Positions 9,869 to 18,486 of a stretch of DNA of 64,000 nt are shown here, piece by piece. The position numbers and the translations under genes are program-made. How positions within the stretch are numbered: the stretch's first letter is position 1; each line of letters begins with the position of its first letter. Origin of the DNA: Myxococcota bacterium (lineage in GTDB: Bacteria; Myxococcota_A; Polyangia; Nannocystales; Nannocystaceae); assembly GCA_039028615.1 (NCBI GenBank), contig JBCCHT010000042.1, positions 43,701-107,700 of the forward strand. The letters run 5' to 3'. Below the pieces are notes generated by a model. It saw only the letters and a program-made list of their open reading frames with translations. It was not told the DNA's origin and searched no databases.

Positions 9869-10984
9869 CTACGCGGCGTTGTCCAGCATGAAGCCGGCGA
9901 TCGCCGACCAGGTCGCCTCGAAGTCTCGGGAGTCGAAGGGCGCTCCGCTGGCGAGCATGTCGAGGCGGGGGCGCCCCGGAGCTCCGCCGTAGTACCCCAT
10001 GAGATCGAGGTGGTCGCCGTGCACCGCGGTGATCAGCGAGCCCCACACCTGCGAGCGGGTGGGCACGAAGCCGTCGTTGTCGCGGCGGCTGGGCACCGCC
10101 CCGAGCTCTCGCTCCAGGGTGCGGAGCTCATCGCCGCTGGGCATGGGCGAGCTGCGGCGAGAGGCCGCGCCCGCCAGGCGGTGGAGCAGCGCGTACAGGC
10201 CCGCGCTGGCCCGGGCGTAGCGGCTCGAACGAAACGAGACGAGCGAGCGCAGGCGAGGCGGCGGAGCCATGGTGGCGACCGAGCCGTAGCGCACGGTCGG
10301 ACGAGTCTGCAGCGTGGCGGTGAGGCGCGCCACGGCCCCGGGGGTGAGCTGCTCGAGCAACGAGCCGTCTTGGCCGATCTCCGACAACCACTCGACGATC
10401 GCCGGATCGAGCGCGGCCCCCTCGAGTGCATCGCAGAGCGGATCGCAGACGCTGGGATCGACGCCCGCGATCCGATCGAGGTGCAGCACCACCATGCCCG
10501 TCTCGATCAGCGTGCGGCGGGGCCCGCTGCCCGAGCGCAGCAGGCGGGTGAGCAAGCGAGAGATCAGGGTCATCCAGCGATGGCCCTGGACCCCGGTGAA
10601 CGCCACCGCCAGCGGGGCTCCGTGGTGCGGCGTGGACAGGCTCACCGCCGAGCGGACGCGGCGAGCCGCCGCCTCGACGTCGACCTCGGTGGGCAGCGAG
10701 ATGCCCGGGCTCAGCAGCAAGCGCGTATCCAGCCCGCCCGTGGAGTGACCCACGATGTGGATCGGCTCGTCGCCGGGCTGCTCGGCGATCGCCTCGGCCA
10801 GACGCGCGGCCCGGGTCTCCACCGCAGACGACGGCGGCGGGCTGACCACGTGCACCCGGAGCTGGATACCCGCGGCGGCAAAGGGCCCCCGCAGCACGGG
10901 CTCGACATCGGTGAAGTACGACAGGCGACCCAGTCGCTCGAAGCCGAGCAAGCCAGGGACGAGGATCACGAGAGCAGCGGGCAT
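9869..10984 (-). CDS. Lipase / alpha-beta hydrolase
   Basis: LVPGLLGF, GHSTGG nucleophile elbow, TPHHG, NDGFV, DH. Confidence 0.85.
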   Translation of the reverse strand: MPAALVILVPGLLGFERLGRLSYFTDVEPVLRGPFAAAGIQLRVHVVSPPPSSAVETRAARLAEAIAEQPGDEPIHIVGHSTGGLDTRLLLSPGISLPTEVDVEAAARRVRSAVSLSTPHHGAPLAVAFTGVQGHRWMTLISRLLTRLLRSGSGPRRTLIETGMVVLHLDRIAGVDPSVCDPLCDALEGAALDPAIVEWLSEIGQDGSLLEQLTPGAVARLTATLQTRPTVRYGSVATMAPPPRLRSLVSFRSSRYARASAGLYALLHRLAGAASRRSSPMPSGDELRTLERELGAVPSRRDNDGFVPTRSQVWGSLITAVHGDHLDLMGYYGGAPGRPRLDMLASGAPFDSRDFEATWSAIAGFMLDNAA

Positions 10985-11100
10985 TCGGTGCAGCCCTAGA
11001 GTCTAGCAGGCGGTCGAAGGGCACTCGCGAGCCGAGAGCACTGCTCTCGTCTCGAGATGCTTGAAGGCTTCCGACGACCGCTCGCCGCCTCGGCCGACGT

Positions 11101-11478
11101 CTAGTCGCCGTCGGTGGGTTTGGGCGAGCAGTCGCAGACCAGGACGCCGTTGACCATCACGCAGATGGGATCCTGGAAGCGGGGGCACTTGACCAGCAGA
11201 TCGGTGGGCCCGGCCGCCGGGTTCGCTCCCGCCGCTTCCGGCTCGTCGCAGTGGCACTCGACCGTCTCGCGCGTGTCGTCGACGTACTCACACACGAAGT
11301 CCTCGGCGCTGCACGAGGGAGGGATGGCGTAGCCCTCGATCAGGTCGACCTGATGGGACTCGCGGGCTTCGACACGAAACGACCCGTAGTCTTCGTCGGG
11401 CATTTCATCACAGGCGCCCCCCATCCCCAGCGACGCGACGACCGAAGCTACAGAAATTAATCTAGCACGCAGTCTCAT
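11101..11478 (-). CDS. Small Cys-rich lipoprotein
   Basis: MRLRARLISVASVVASLGMGGAC leader; real 3' part of the long 11101..13662 shadow ORF; two 4-Cys modules. Confidence 0.6.
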   Translation of the reverse strand: MRLRARLISVASVVASLGMGGACDEMPDEDYGSFRVEARESHQVDLIEGYAIPPSCSAEDFVCEYVDDTRETVECHCDEPEAAGANPAAGPTDLLVKCPRFQDPICVMVNGVLVCDCSPKPTDGD

Positions 11479-11556
11479 GGTCTGGAGTAGCCGTTCCCGA
11501 GGCGATCCTTGGACGACGAAATGTAACGAACGCTCGGATGCGGGAAACGGGGGGCC

Positions 11557-12447
11557 ATGCATGCTCGTCCTACCCTTGGCCTGCTCGCTCCCGCCGCGCT
11601 GGCGTTCGGTGCCGCCCTGTGTCTCGCGTGCGGTTCCGACGACATCGCCGGCTCCGGTCCGGGTGATGTCTCGAGCTCGGGCGCCGACTCGGACGACAGC
11701 GCGACCTCGGGAGGCCCGAGCGGCGGCATGACCTCGGGCGAAGACACCCCGGGCTCGGCCGGGAGCGGTTCGATGACCAGTGGAGCCGACGACGAGACGG
11801 GGACTCTGCCCACCGACACCGGGGCCGAGCGGGGCTGCGAGGTCATCGAGGCCTTGCCCGAGCCCGAGCGCTTCCACCTCATCGGCGACTCCGTGTTCGT
11901 ATCCAACGTGGACGAGTGCGCCGACGTCGGAGACTTCGTGGGCCGAACCTTCGGCGAGCGGGTCGAGGTGCAGGCCGTCGGTGGCACCGAGCTCGGCGGC
12001 GGCAAGGACGGGATCCCCGGCCAGTACATCCCCGGGGGCTGGGAGTGGGTCATCGTCGACGGAGGCGCCAACGACCTCGGCAATATCTGCGACTGCGATT
12101 GCTCCGCCGAGCAGCTCGACGCGCTCGCCTCGGCCGACGCCAGCGAGGGCCTGATGGTCGAGCTCGTCGACCAGATCGTCGGCGACGGTTCCCAGGTCGT
12201 GTTGCTCGGCTACTATGAAGCCATGCCGGACAGCGAGTTCGGTCCGTGCATCGACGAGCAGACCATCCTCAGCGATCGCTACGCGGCCATCGCCGACGCT
12301 CGCCCCGAAGTCGTCTTCGTCGACGGTCGCGAGCTCATGGATCCCGAGAGCACGCCCGTCGCGTACCAAGAAGACGGCGTGCACCCCTCGCCCACCGGCT
12401 CCGCGTTGCTCGCCGACGGTATCTCGCTCGCGATCCTGGGGCGGTAG
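11557..12447 (+). CDS. SGNH/GDSL hydrolase lipoprotein
   Basis: Lipobox CLAC, Ser/Gly linker, GDS, GGAND, DGVHP. Confidence 0.85.
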   Translation: MHARPTLGLLAPAALAFGAALCLACGSDDIAGSGPGDVSSSGADSDDSATSGGPSGGMTSGEDTPGSAGSGSMTSGADDETGTLPTDTGAERGCEVIEALPEPERFHLIGDSVFVSNVDECADVGDFVGRTFGERVEVQAVGGTELGGGKDGIPGQYIPGGWEWVIVDGGANDLGNICDCDCSAEQLDALASADASEGLMVELVDQIVGDGSQVVLLGYYEAMPDSEFGPCIDEQTILSDRYAAIADARPEVVFVDGRELMDPESTPVAYQEDGVHPSPTGSALLADGISLAILGR

Positions 12448-12510
12448 TCCGCGCTCGGTCCGGTCGCACTCGCGCCGGGCACATGTCGTATCCTGGGGGC
12501 GGAAAGCGGC

Positions 12511-13920
12511 ATGCGTGGCTTCGTTCTCGTCTTCGTGCTCACCCCGATGGTCCCCGCGTGCAGCGGCAACCGGGTGGTCCCGACCGCGGCCGAAGACACC
12601 GATGCGACCGGCACCACGGCGGCCGACACCCCCCTCGCCGAGTCGAGCACCAGCGCAGCCGTCGACGAGACCGGGGCGTCCACGGGCGAGCCGGCCGAAG
12701 ACCCCCAGTCGCTGTTCTACCTGACCGAGTTCCCCCACGAGCTGCGAACGATCGCGATCGACGGGACCGACGATCGCCTCCTCGTCGCGCACGCCGACTA
12801 CATCACAGAGTCGCGCTTCATCGCCGCGGGCAACGGAGTCGTCTTGGCCCACGGTGAGCTGCCGGGCAGCTCCATCGACGAGACGCTCTACGCCAACGTC
12901 GACGGCTCCGTCACCGGCCTGTACCAGGGCTTCGTCCCCGAGCGAGTCTGGTTCGGTCCCGAGCCCGAGCGGATCTGGTACCCGGAGGGGTGGTACGTCA
13001 CCAGCCGGCTGCTGGGTGAATCGGGCGAGACCTTCCCGACCGGCGGCGGGACCCTGTGGATGATGTCTCGAACCCGGCGCTTCGTGGCCTCGACCCACTT
13101 CGACGGCGGCACCTGGATCGGCGACCTGACCGGAGAGATCGCCGCCATGCACCTGCCCCCCGCGTGGCTCCCCGGGTGCGGCGGCGAGACTCGCCCCACC
13201 CTGTGGTTCAACCGAGATCAGACCCGGGTGCTGCTGTTCCCCACGCCGAGCCACAACCTCGCCCGCTTGCCCCTCGACGACCCGGAGGCGGGGGTCTGGC
13301 TCCCCCTCGGCCCCGAGTTTCGCCCCCTCGGCTACGACGTGTGCGCCGATGGCCTGCTGGGTCGCACCGAGGACGGCGCGATCATTCGCATCGGAGACGA
13401 CGCCAGCGTGGCCGAGCTCGCCCCGCCCGGCCCCTCCTTCCCCGCCGAGTTTCCGTTCGAGTACGGCGTCACGCCCAGTGCACGTCGCGTCGTCGCTCTC
13501 ACCACCGACGGCTCGCGACAGCTCCACCTCGCCAACCTCTCCGCGCAGACCTGGACCACCGTCGAGCTCCCGCGCGGCTCCGGGACCCTCACCATCGTCA
13601 CCGTCGACGACGACTACGTGCTGCTCTCCGAGCACACCCGCGACGGCCAAGTCCTCGCCCATCGCCTGGATATCGACACGGGGGCGGTGGACTCGGCGGC
13701 GACCTGCGACGTGCTCGTCCCCGCCATGACCGAAGACGGCGCCCTGCTGCTGTGTGAAGAGGCCACCGAGGGGCTCACCCTCCTCGTCGAAAAGCCGGGT
13801 GAAGCCGCCTCCGTCCTCCTGGACGAGGTCGCCGATGCCAGGCTCATGCCCGCGCCCGCCCAGGTAGACGCGCGTTGCGTCGACACCGAGCCCGTCGACA
13901 CCCTGGTGGGCTGCTGGTAG
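12511..13920 (+). CDS. Lipoprotein, possible beta-propeller
   Basis: Leader MRGFVLVFVLTPMVPAC; Thr/Ala linker; coding-like codon bias. Confidence 0.7.
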   Translation: MRGFVLVFVLTPMVPACSGNRVVPTAAEDTDATGTTAADTPLAESSTSAAVDETGASTGEPAEDPQSLFYLTEFPHELRTIAIDGTDDRLLVAHADYITESRFIAAGNGVVLAHGELPGSSIDETLYANVDGSVTGLYQGFVPERVWFGPEPERIWYPEGWYVTSRLLGESGETFPTGGGTLWMMSRTRRFVASTHFDGGTWIGDLTGEIAAMHLPPAWLPGCGGETRPTLWFNRDQTRVLLFPTPSHNLARLPLDDPEAGVWLPLGPEFRPLGYDVCADGLLGRTEDGAIIRIGDDASVAELAPPGPSFPAEFPFEYGVTPSARRVVALTTDGSRQLHLANLSAQTWTTVELPRGSGTLTIVTVDDDYVLLSEHTRDGQVLAHRLDIDTGAVDSAATCDVLVPAMTEDGALLLCEEATEGLTLLVEKPGEAASVLLDEVADARLMPAPAQVDARCVDTEPVDTLVGCW

Positions 13921-15474
13921 TCAGCGTGCGATCGCGTCCGCGATGCGAATGCCGTCGAGCGCCGCGCTCATGATCCCGCCCGCGTAGCCCGCTCCTTCAC
14001 CGCACGGGTAGAGCCCCGCCACCGACGGCGATTGCAGGCTCTCGCGATCTCGATCGGTGCGCACGGGCGCGCTGGTCCGGGACTCCACCCCCACCGCGAT
14101 CCCTTCCGCCGACACGAAGCCCGGCATGCGCTCCCCGATGCGTCGCAGCGCCTCGCGCAGCGGCAGCGCCAGCCCGCCCAGCAGCTCGTCGAGCCGAGCC
14201 GAGGCCAGCCCTCGCGGGTAGCTGCAGACCGGCAACGCCGACGAGCTCCGTCCCGCCACGAAGTCGTCGATCCGCTGCGCGGGCGCGACATAGTCCCCGC
14301 CCCCCGCCTCGTACGCCGCCGCCTCGATCCGTCGCTGCAGCTTCAACCCCGCGAACACGTCGCTCGGATCGAGGCCCGCCGCCTCGAGCTGCGTCGGTCC
14401 GACCTCCGTCACGAACCCCGAGTTCGCGTACTTGCCTCGCCGTGACGAAGGGCTCCAGCCGTTGACCACCTGTCCCCCGTGCTCCGTCGCGGCCGGCACG
14501 ATGAACCCTCCCGGGCACATGCAGAACGAAAACGCTCCCGCGCCTTCCGCCTGCTCCACCAGACGATAGGCCGCGGCTCCCAGCGCCGGGTGCCCCGCCA
14601 GCCCTCCGAACTGCAGCCCATCGATCAACGGCTGCGGATGCTCCACCCGGAACCCCACCGCAAACGGCTTCGCCGACAACGCCACCCCGGCCTCGTGCAG
14701 CCACTGCGTCACATCCCGGGCCGAGTGTCCCACCGCCAGCACCACCGCCCGCGCATCGATCGTCTCCTGCTCCAGCCGCACCCCGCACACGCGCCCGTCC
14801 TTCACCACCAGCCCATCGACGCGCCGCCCGAACGCAAACTCCACCCCCGCGCTTTCGAGATGCTCCCGCATCGCCCCCACCACGCCGGGCAGGCGATTGG
14901 TCCCGATATGCGGCCGCGCATCCACCAAGATCTGCGACGGCGCCCCGTACCCCACGAACGCATCCAGCACCCGCTGCATGTCCCCCCGCTTGTGCGATCG
15001 CGTGTACAGCTTCCCATCGCTGAACGTCCCCGCCCCTCCCTCACCAAAACAGTAGTTGCTCTCCGGATCGAGCTGCCCCTGCTTGCTCAGCGCCGCCAGA
15101 TCCCGCCGTCGTGGCCGAACCGGCTTCCCCCGCTCCAGCACCACCGACCGAATCCCATGCTGCGCCAACGCCCACGCACAAAACGTCCCCGCCGGCCCCG
15201 CCCCCACGATCACCACCCCGGGTTCCCCACTCAACGTCGGAAGATCCACCGGCCCCCGCTCACTCGAGCTCGGCTTCTCTTCCCCCCGCATCACCAACTC
15301 CACCTCCAGCTGCAGCTGCACCCGCCCCCGCCGAGCATCGATCGACTTCCGCCGAACAACCGCCGCCACAACCTCCTTCACCCCCACCTTCCCCCGCTTC
15401 GCCGCCGCCCGACGCAGCCCCTCCTCATCAAAAAGAAGATCTGGATGAACCCGCAACTGAACCCGACGTCCCAC
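13921..15474 (-). CDS. FAD-dependent oxidoreductase (COG2509-type)
   Basis: IVGAGPAG, FGEGGAGTFSDGKL, PHIGT, FCMCPGG, GEGAGYAGGIMSAALDG. Confidence 0.92.
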   Translation of the reverse strand: MGRRVQLRVHPDLLFDEEGLRRAAAKRGKVGVKEVVAAVVRRKSIDARRGRVQLQLEVELVMRGEEKPSSSERGPVDLPTLSGEPGVVIVGAGPAGTFCAWALAQHGIRSVVLERGKPVRPRRRDLAALSKQGQLDPESNYCFGEGGAGTFSDGKLYTRSHKRGDMQRVLDAFVGYGAPSQILVDARPHIGTNRLPGVVGAMREHLESAGVEFAFGRRVDGLVVKDGRVCGVRLEQETIDARAVVLAVGHSARDVTQWLHEAGVALSAKPFAVGFRVEHPQPLIDGLQFGGLAGHPALGAAAYRLVEQAEGAGAFSFCMCPGGFIVPAATEHGGQVVNGWSPSSRRGKYANSGFVTEVGPTQLEAAGLDPSDVFAGLKLQRRIEAAAYEAGGGDYVAPAQRIDDFVAGRSSSALPVCSYPRGLASARLDELLGGLALPLREALRRIGERMPGFVSAEGIAVGVESRTSAPVRTDRDRESLQSPSVAGLYPCGEGAGYAGGIMSAALDGIRIADAIAR

Positions 15475-15631
15475 GACTTCCCCCCGTCATCTCATGAACC
15501 CGCCCCCCGGTCCATCCACCCACCACCCCCGAAGGGAACAACACCCACCCTGCTCCAAACAAGTACCCCACGGCAAAACCCACCCCATCCCCGAGCAGCA
15601 ACCAACCGACCCCTTCGTTCGAACATTTCCA

Positions 15632-15944
15632 CCCACTCCAAGCACTCCCGCCCCTCACCCAAGCACCCCACCGAACCTCCAAGCAAGCCACCCCCCACCC
15701 AAGCAGAACCCACCCCACCGCCCGAACGGAAGCCGCCGTACGGGGAGGGCCAAAGCGAAGCCGCGTAGGATGGAGGGGGCCCGGTCGCGCGGAGGCGGCC
15801 GCCGACGACCGTCGAGAAACACCCGGGTATCATGGCCGCCGAGCACGTCCGGGAAGGGTTCCAGCCGTCAACAGGCGAGCCCCTGGTTCGAACACATCAC
15901 TCCCACTCCAAGCACTCCCGCCCCTCACCCAAGCACCCCACCGA
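15632..15944 (+). repeat. 43-bp direct repeats flanking repeat A copy 1 (15632-15674 and 15902-15944)
   Basis: CCCACTCCAAGCACTCCCGCCCCTCACCCAAGCACCCCACCGA is identical on both sides, each preceded by GTTCGAACA. Confidence 0.88.
15721..15894 (+). repeat. Dispersed repeat family A, copy 1
   Basis: Core GCGAAGCCGCGTAGGATGGAGGGGGCCCGGTCGCGCGGAGGCGGCCGCCGA...GGCCGCCGAGCACGTCCGGG(A/G)AGGGTTCCAGCCGTCAACAGGCGAGC shared with three other loci. Confidence 0.93.
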
Positions 15945-16011
15945 GCTCTCCGTTCGAACACTCCCCAACCCCCCTTCGCGCAACCAGAAATCCCCCCACC
16001 GCGAGCAAACT

Positions 16012-17139
16012 TCAAGACCCCGAAGAAGGCCCAGACGCCACCAACAACCCCGCCGCCACCGCCTTGCTCCGCATCGCATGCAACATCCGTCCCCGGTCCG
16101 CCGTATCCCGCCTCCACTTCCTCCCAAGCTTCGCCCGCACATCCGGGTTCAACCCCAACCTCCGAGCCCGCTTCCGAAAGTTCGCATTCGGCCCCACCGT
16201 CGCACAGTGCCCCCGCGAGAACCGACGATTCACCGTCGCATACGAATCCCCAAACCCTTGCGCCTCACACTCCCGCTGCGCCGTCCGAGCGGCCCAAACC
16301 GCGGTGATGATCGCCACCAACCCGTTGTCATCACAAAACACCCAAGGCGGCGCACTCGAATCCCAAACCGGCACAAAGTACGCCGGATTAAACCCAAAGG
16401 GCCCGTATCCAAATGCCCACGCCGGCTCCGACCCCGGCGAGACCGAGCCGTCCGTCGCCGTCACCTCGAACTCGATGATGTCGTCGAGATACGGGTTGTC
16501 GCGAAAGGTCTGCACCTGATGCAGCCGCGCCTTCGCCTTCCAGTACTCGCTGTCCTGCTTGCTCAACTTGGCCATGTGGGCCTGCAGCTCCGCCTCTTCG
16601 GTCGGCGAGTAGTGCAGGCGTCTCCATGCCGCGGTCGCGGCCTCGATGTCGGGATTGAGCACGTGCATGGCGTGCGGCCGATAGGTCGACTCCCGCATCG
16701 CCCACGCTCGAATCAGCCGCGGCTCGGCCCCCATCTCCTTGGCGACCAAGGTCACCAATTGAGAGAAGCGCTTCTCGTCGGCCTTGGTCCACGGACGACG
16801 GACTCGCTTGTAGCGACGACGACCCTCGTCATCGATCTTCACCCGCACGCGCTCGCACTGGTTGGGCGCACGACCCTTCAGGGTGGCTCCCTTGGCGGAG
16901 GCCAGCACGGGGGTGGGAGCCTCGGCGGCAGACGGAGCGCCCGCCTCGGTACCTTCGTCGGCATCGGCGGCCGCAACCACGGGCTGCGTTCGGGTCTCGG
17001 TGGCCGGATCTCCGGGGCTCGACGGAGCATCGACGTGCTCGACCTCGGCCTCCACGTGAACGACCTCGTACTCGGGCTCGCCCCCGGGGCCACACGATAC
17101 GACAGCGAAGATGCAGCCAAGCACGATAGCTCTGCCCAT
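16012..17139 (-). CDS. Lipoprotein with lytic transglycosylase (SLT)-like motif
   Basis: Lipobox VVSC; AKEMGAEPRLIRAWAMRESTYRPHA resembles SLT motif I with catalytic Glu. Confidence 0.6.
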   Translation of the reverse strand: MGRAIVLGCIFAVVSCGPGGEPEYEVVHVEAEVEHVDAPSSPGDPATETRTQPVVAAADADEGTEAGAPSAAEAPTPVLASAKGATLKGRAPNQCERVRVKIDDEGRRRYKRVRRPWTKADEKRFSQLVTLVAKEMGAEPRLIRAWAMRESTYRPHAMHVLNPDIEAATAAWRRLHYSPTEEAELQAHMAKLSKQDSEYWKAKARLHQVQTFRDNPYLDDIIEFEVTATDGSVSPGSEPAWAFGYGPFGFNPAYFVPVWDSSAPPWVFCDDNGLVAIITAVWAARTAQRECEAQGFGDSYATVNRRFSRGHCATVGPNANFRKRARRLGLNPDVRAKLGRKWRRDTADRGRMLHAMRSKAVAAGLLVASGPSSGS

Positions 17140-17358
17140 GGCGCGGGAGCCTAACCAATGAAGCAAGCGAGTTGCTGTCCGACGAACACCCACCCGCGCG
17201 GCGGCTAACTACACGAAAACACGAGTCGCCGAGGTCACGGTGAGAGTCGTCGCACGACGATCGACTTCGGCGTGATCACCCGAATTCCACGGCAGCGGCA
17301 ACGTTGATTCACGCGCGAAGATCGGCGGTCGGTGTTCGCGCTCGTGAGACTCGAACGA

Positions 17359-18486
17359 CTACTTCGGCCACACCGGCTGGGTCCACGCTCGATGCCCACG
17401 ACGATCGTCGACCTGCACGCGGACATAACCGGTGAAGCCATCGGGCATGGTGAAGTTCGCTTCGCGACCCCGCTGTCGCTGCAGCACCGAGCCCCCTTGG
17501 CCGATGAACGTGAAGCGATGGGAGCCCTTGGCCGAGTCGGCGACGGACACGTGCACGGTGGATCCATCGACGATCACATCGCGTAGGTCGACGCCGTTGC
17601 TCGAGTAGAAATCACCGCGCTCGATCGCCGCGCGGATCGAGTCTCCCCGAGGCTCCGCTCGCACCATCACCCAGCCTCGGTTGCCGACGTGGGCGAGATG
17701 TCCTTGCTGCCGAACCTCGGCCGCGTCGTAGTAGTGATGCGCATCGTCGGTCGCCACGCCCCACACCCGCGCGCCGGTCGAGAGCACGGCATCCCACAGC
17801 GCCTCGGTGGAGGGGTGGGTGTCGTCGCCTTCGTTGTTCGAGTCGACCGCTTCGTTGGCGACCTCGAGCAAGGTCAGGCCGCGACCGGCGAGGGCGCTGA
17901 GCAGATCGGCATCGGCCGCGTAGTGAAAGTTGGGATGGTCGAGCATCGCCACTCCGCCGAGCGCCTCGGTGGCTCGCAGCGCGTGGCTGTACAGCTCGAG
18001 CCGATCGGGACTGGTGGGCCCGGGCAGCTGGCTCAGCGCCGTGGTGTCGCTGCCGACGAACAGGCCGTTGACGTGCAGCAAGCAGCTCATGCCGGGCAAG
18101 GGCGGCGGCTCGCAGTAGTCGAGGTTCTGGGTCAGCTCGATCCCCGCGAAGACCAGCAGCCCCGGCGGCCCGGGCAGCTCGGTGATGCGGTTGTGATCGG
18201 TGAAGACGATGAAGTCGAAGCCCTGCTCCGCGTACCACTGGGCGACGTCGGCGGGCGGGGTCTGGCTATCGCCCGACGCGTTGCTATGCAGGTGTAGCTG
18301 CCCTTTGAGCCACGTTGGGGCGGGGGTGGCGGGCGCCGCGCCAGCCCCGGCGGAGCTCGGTTCGGCGTTTGCCTGCGGCGGATTTCCGGCGGGTGGAGGA
18401 GAGCAGGCGAGCGCAGACGCGAGCATCCCGATCGCCGCGCCGCGTCGAGCAACGGTGCGAAGCGATCGGGAGGCGGAGGCGACCAT
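17359..18486 (-). CDS. PHP-domain (CehA/McbA-like) metallohydrolase lipoprotein
   Basis: WLKGQLHLHS..SGD, FTDHN, GIE, DHP, ATDDAH; lipobox ALAC; start overlaps upstream stop (TGATG). Confidence 0.88.
   Translation of the reverse strand: MVASASRSLRTVARRGAAIGMLASALACSPPPAGNPPQANAEPSSAGAGAAPATPAPTWLKGQLHLHSNASGDSQTPPADVAQWYAEQGFDFIVFTDHNRITELPGPPGLLVFAGIELTQNLDYCEPPPLPGMSCLLHVNGLFVGSDTTALSQLPGPTSPDRLELYSHALRATEALGGVAMLDHPNFHYAADADLLSALAGRGLTLLEVANEAVDSNNEGDDTHPSTEALWDAVLSTGARVWGVATDDAHHYYDAAEVRQQGHLAHVGNRGWVMVRAEPRGDSIRAAIERGDFYSSNGVDLRDVIVDGSTVHVSVADSAKGSHRFTFIGQGGSVLQRQRGREANFTMPDGFTGYVRVQVDDRRGHRAWTQPVWPK

Noticed and set aside
15610..15965. Possible CRISPR array
   Set aside because: Only two 43-bp repeats about 270 bp apart, no regular repeat-spacer period, and no cas genes.
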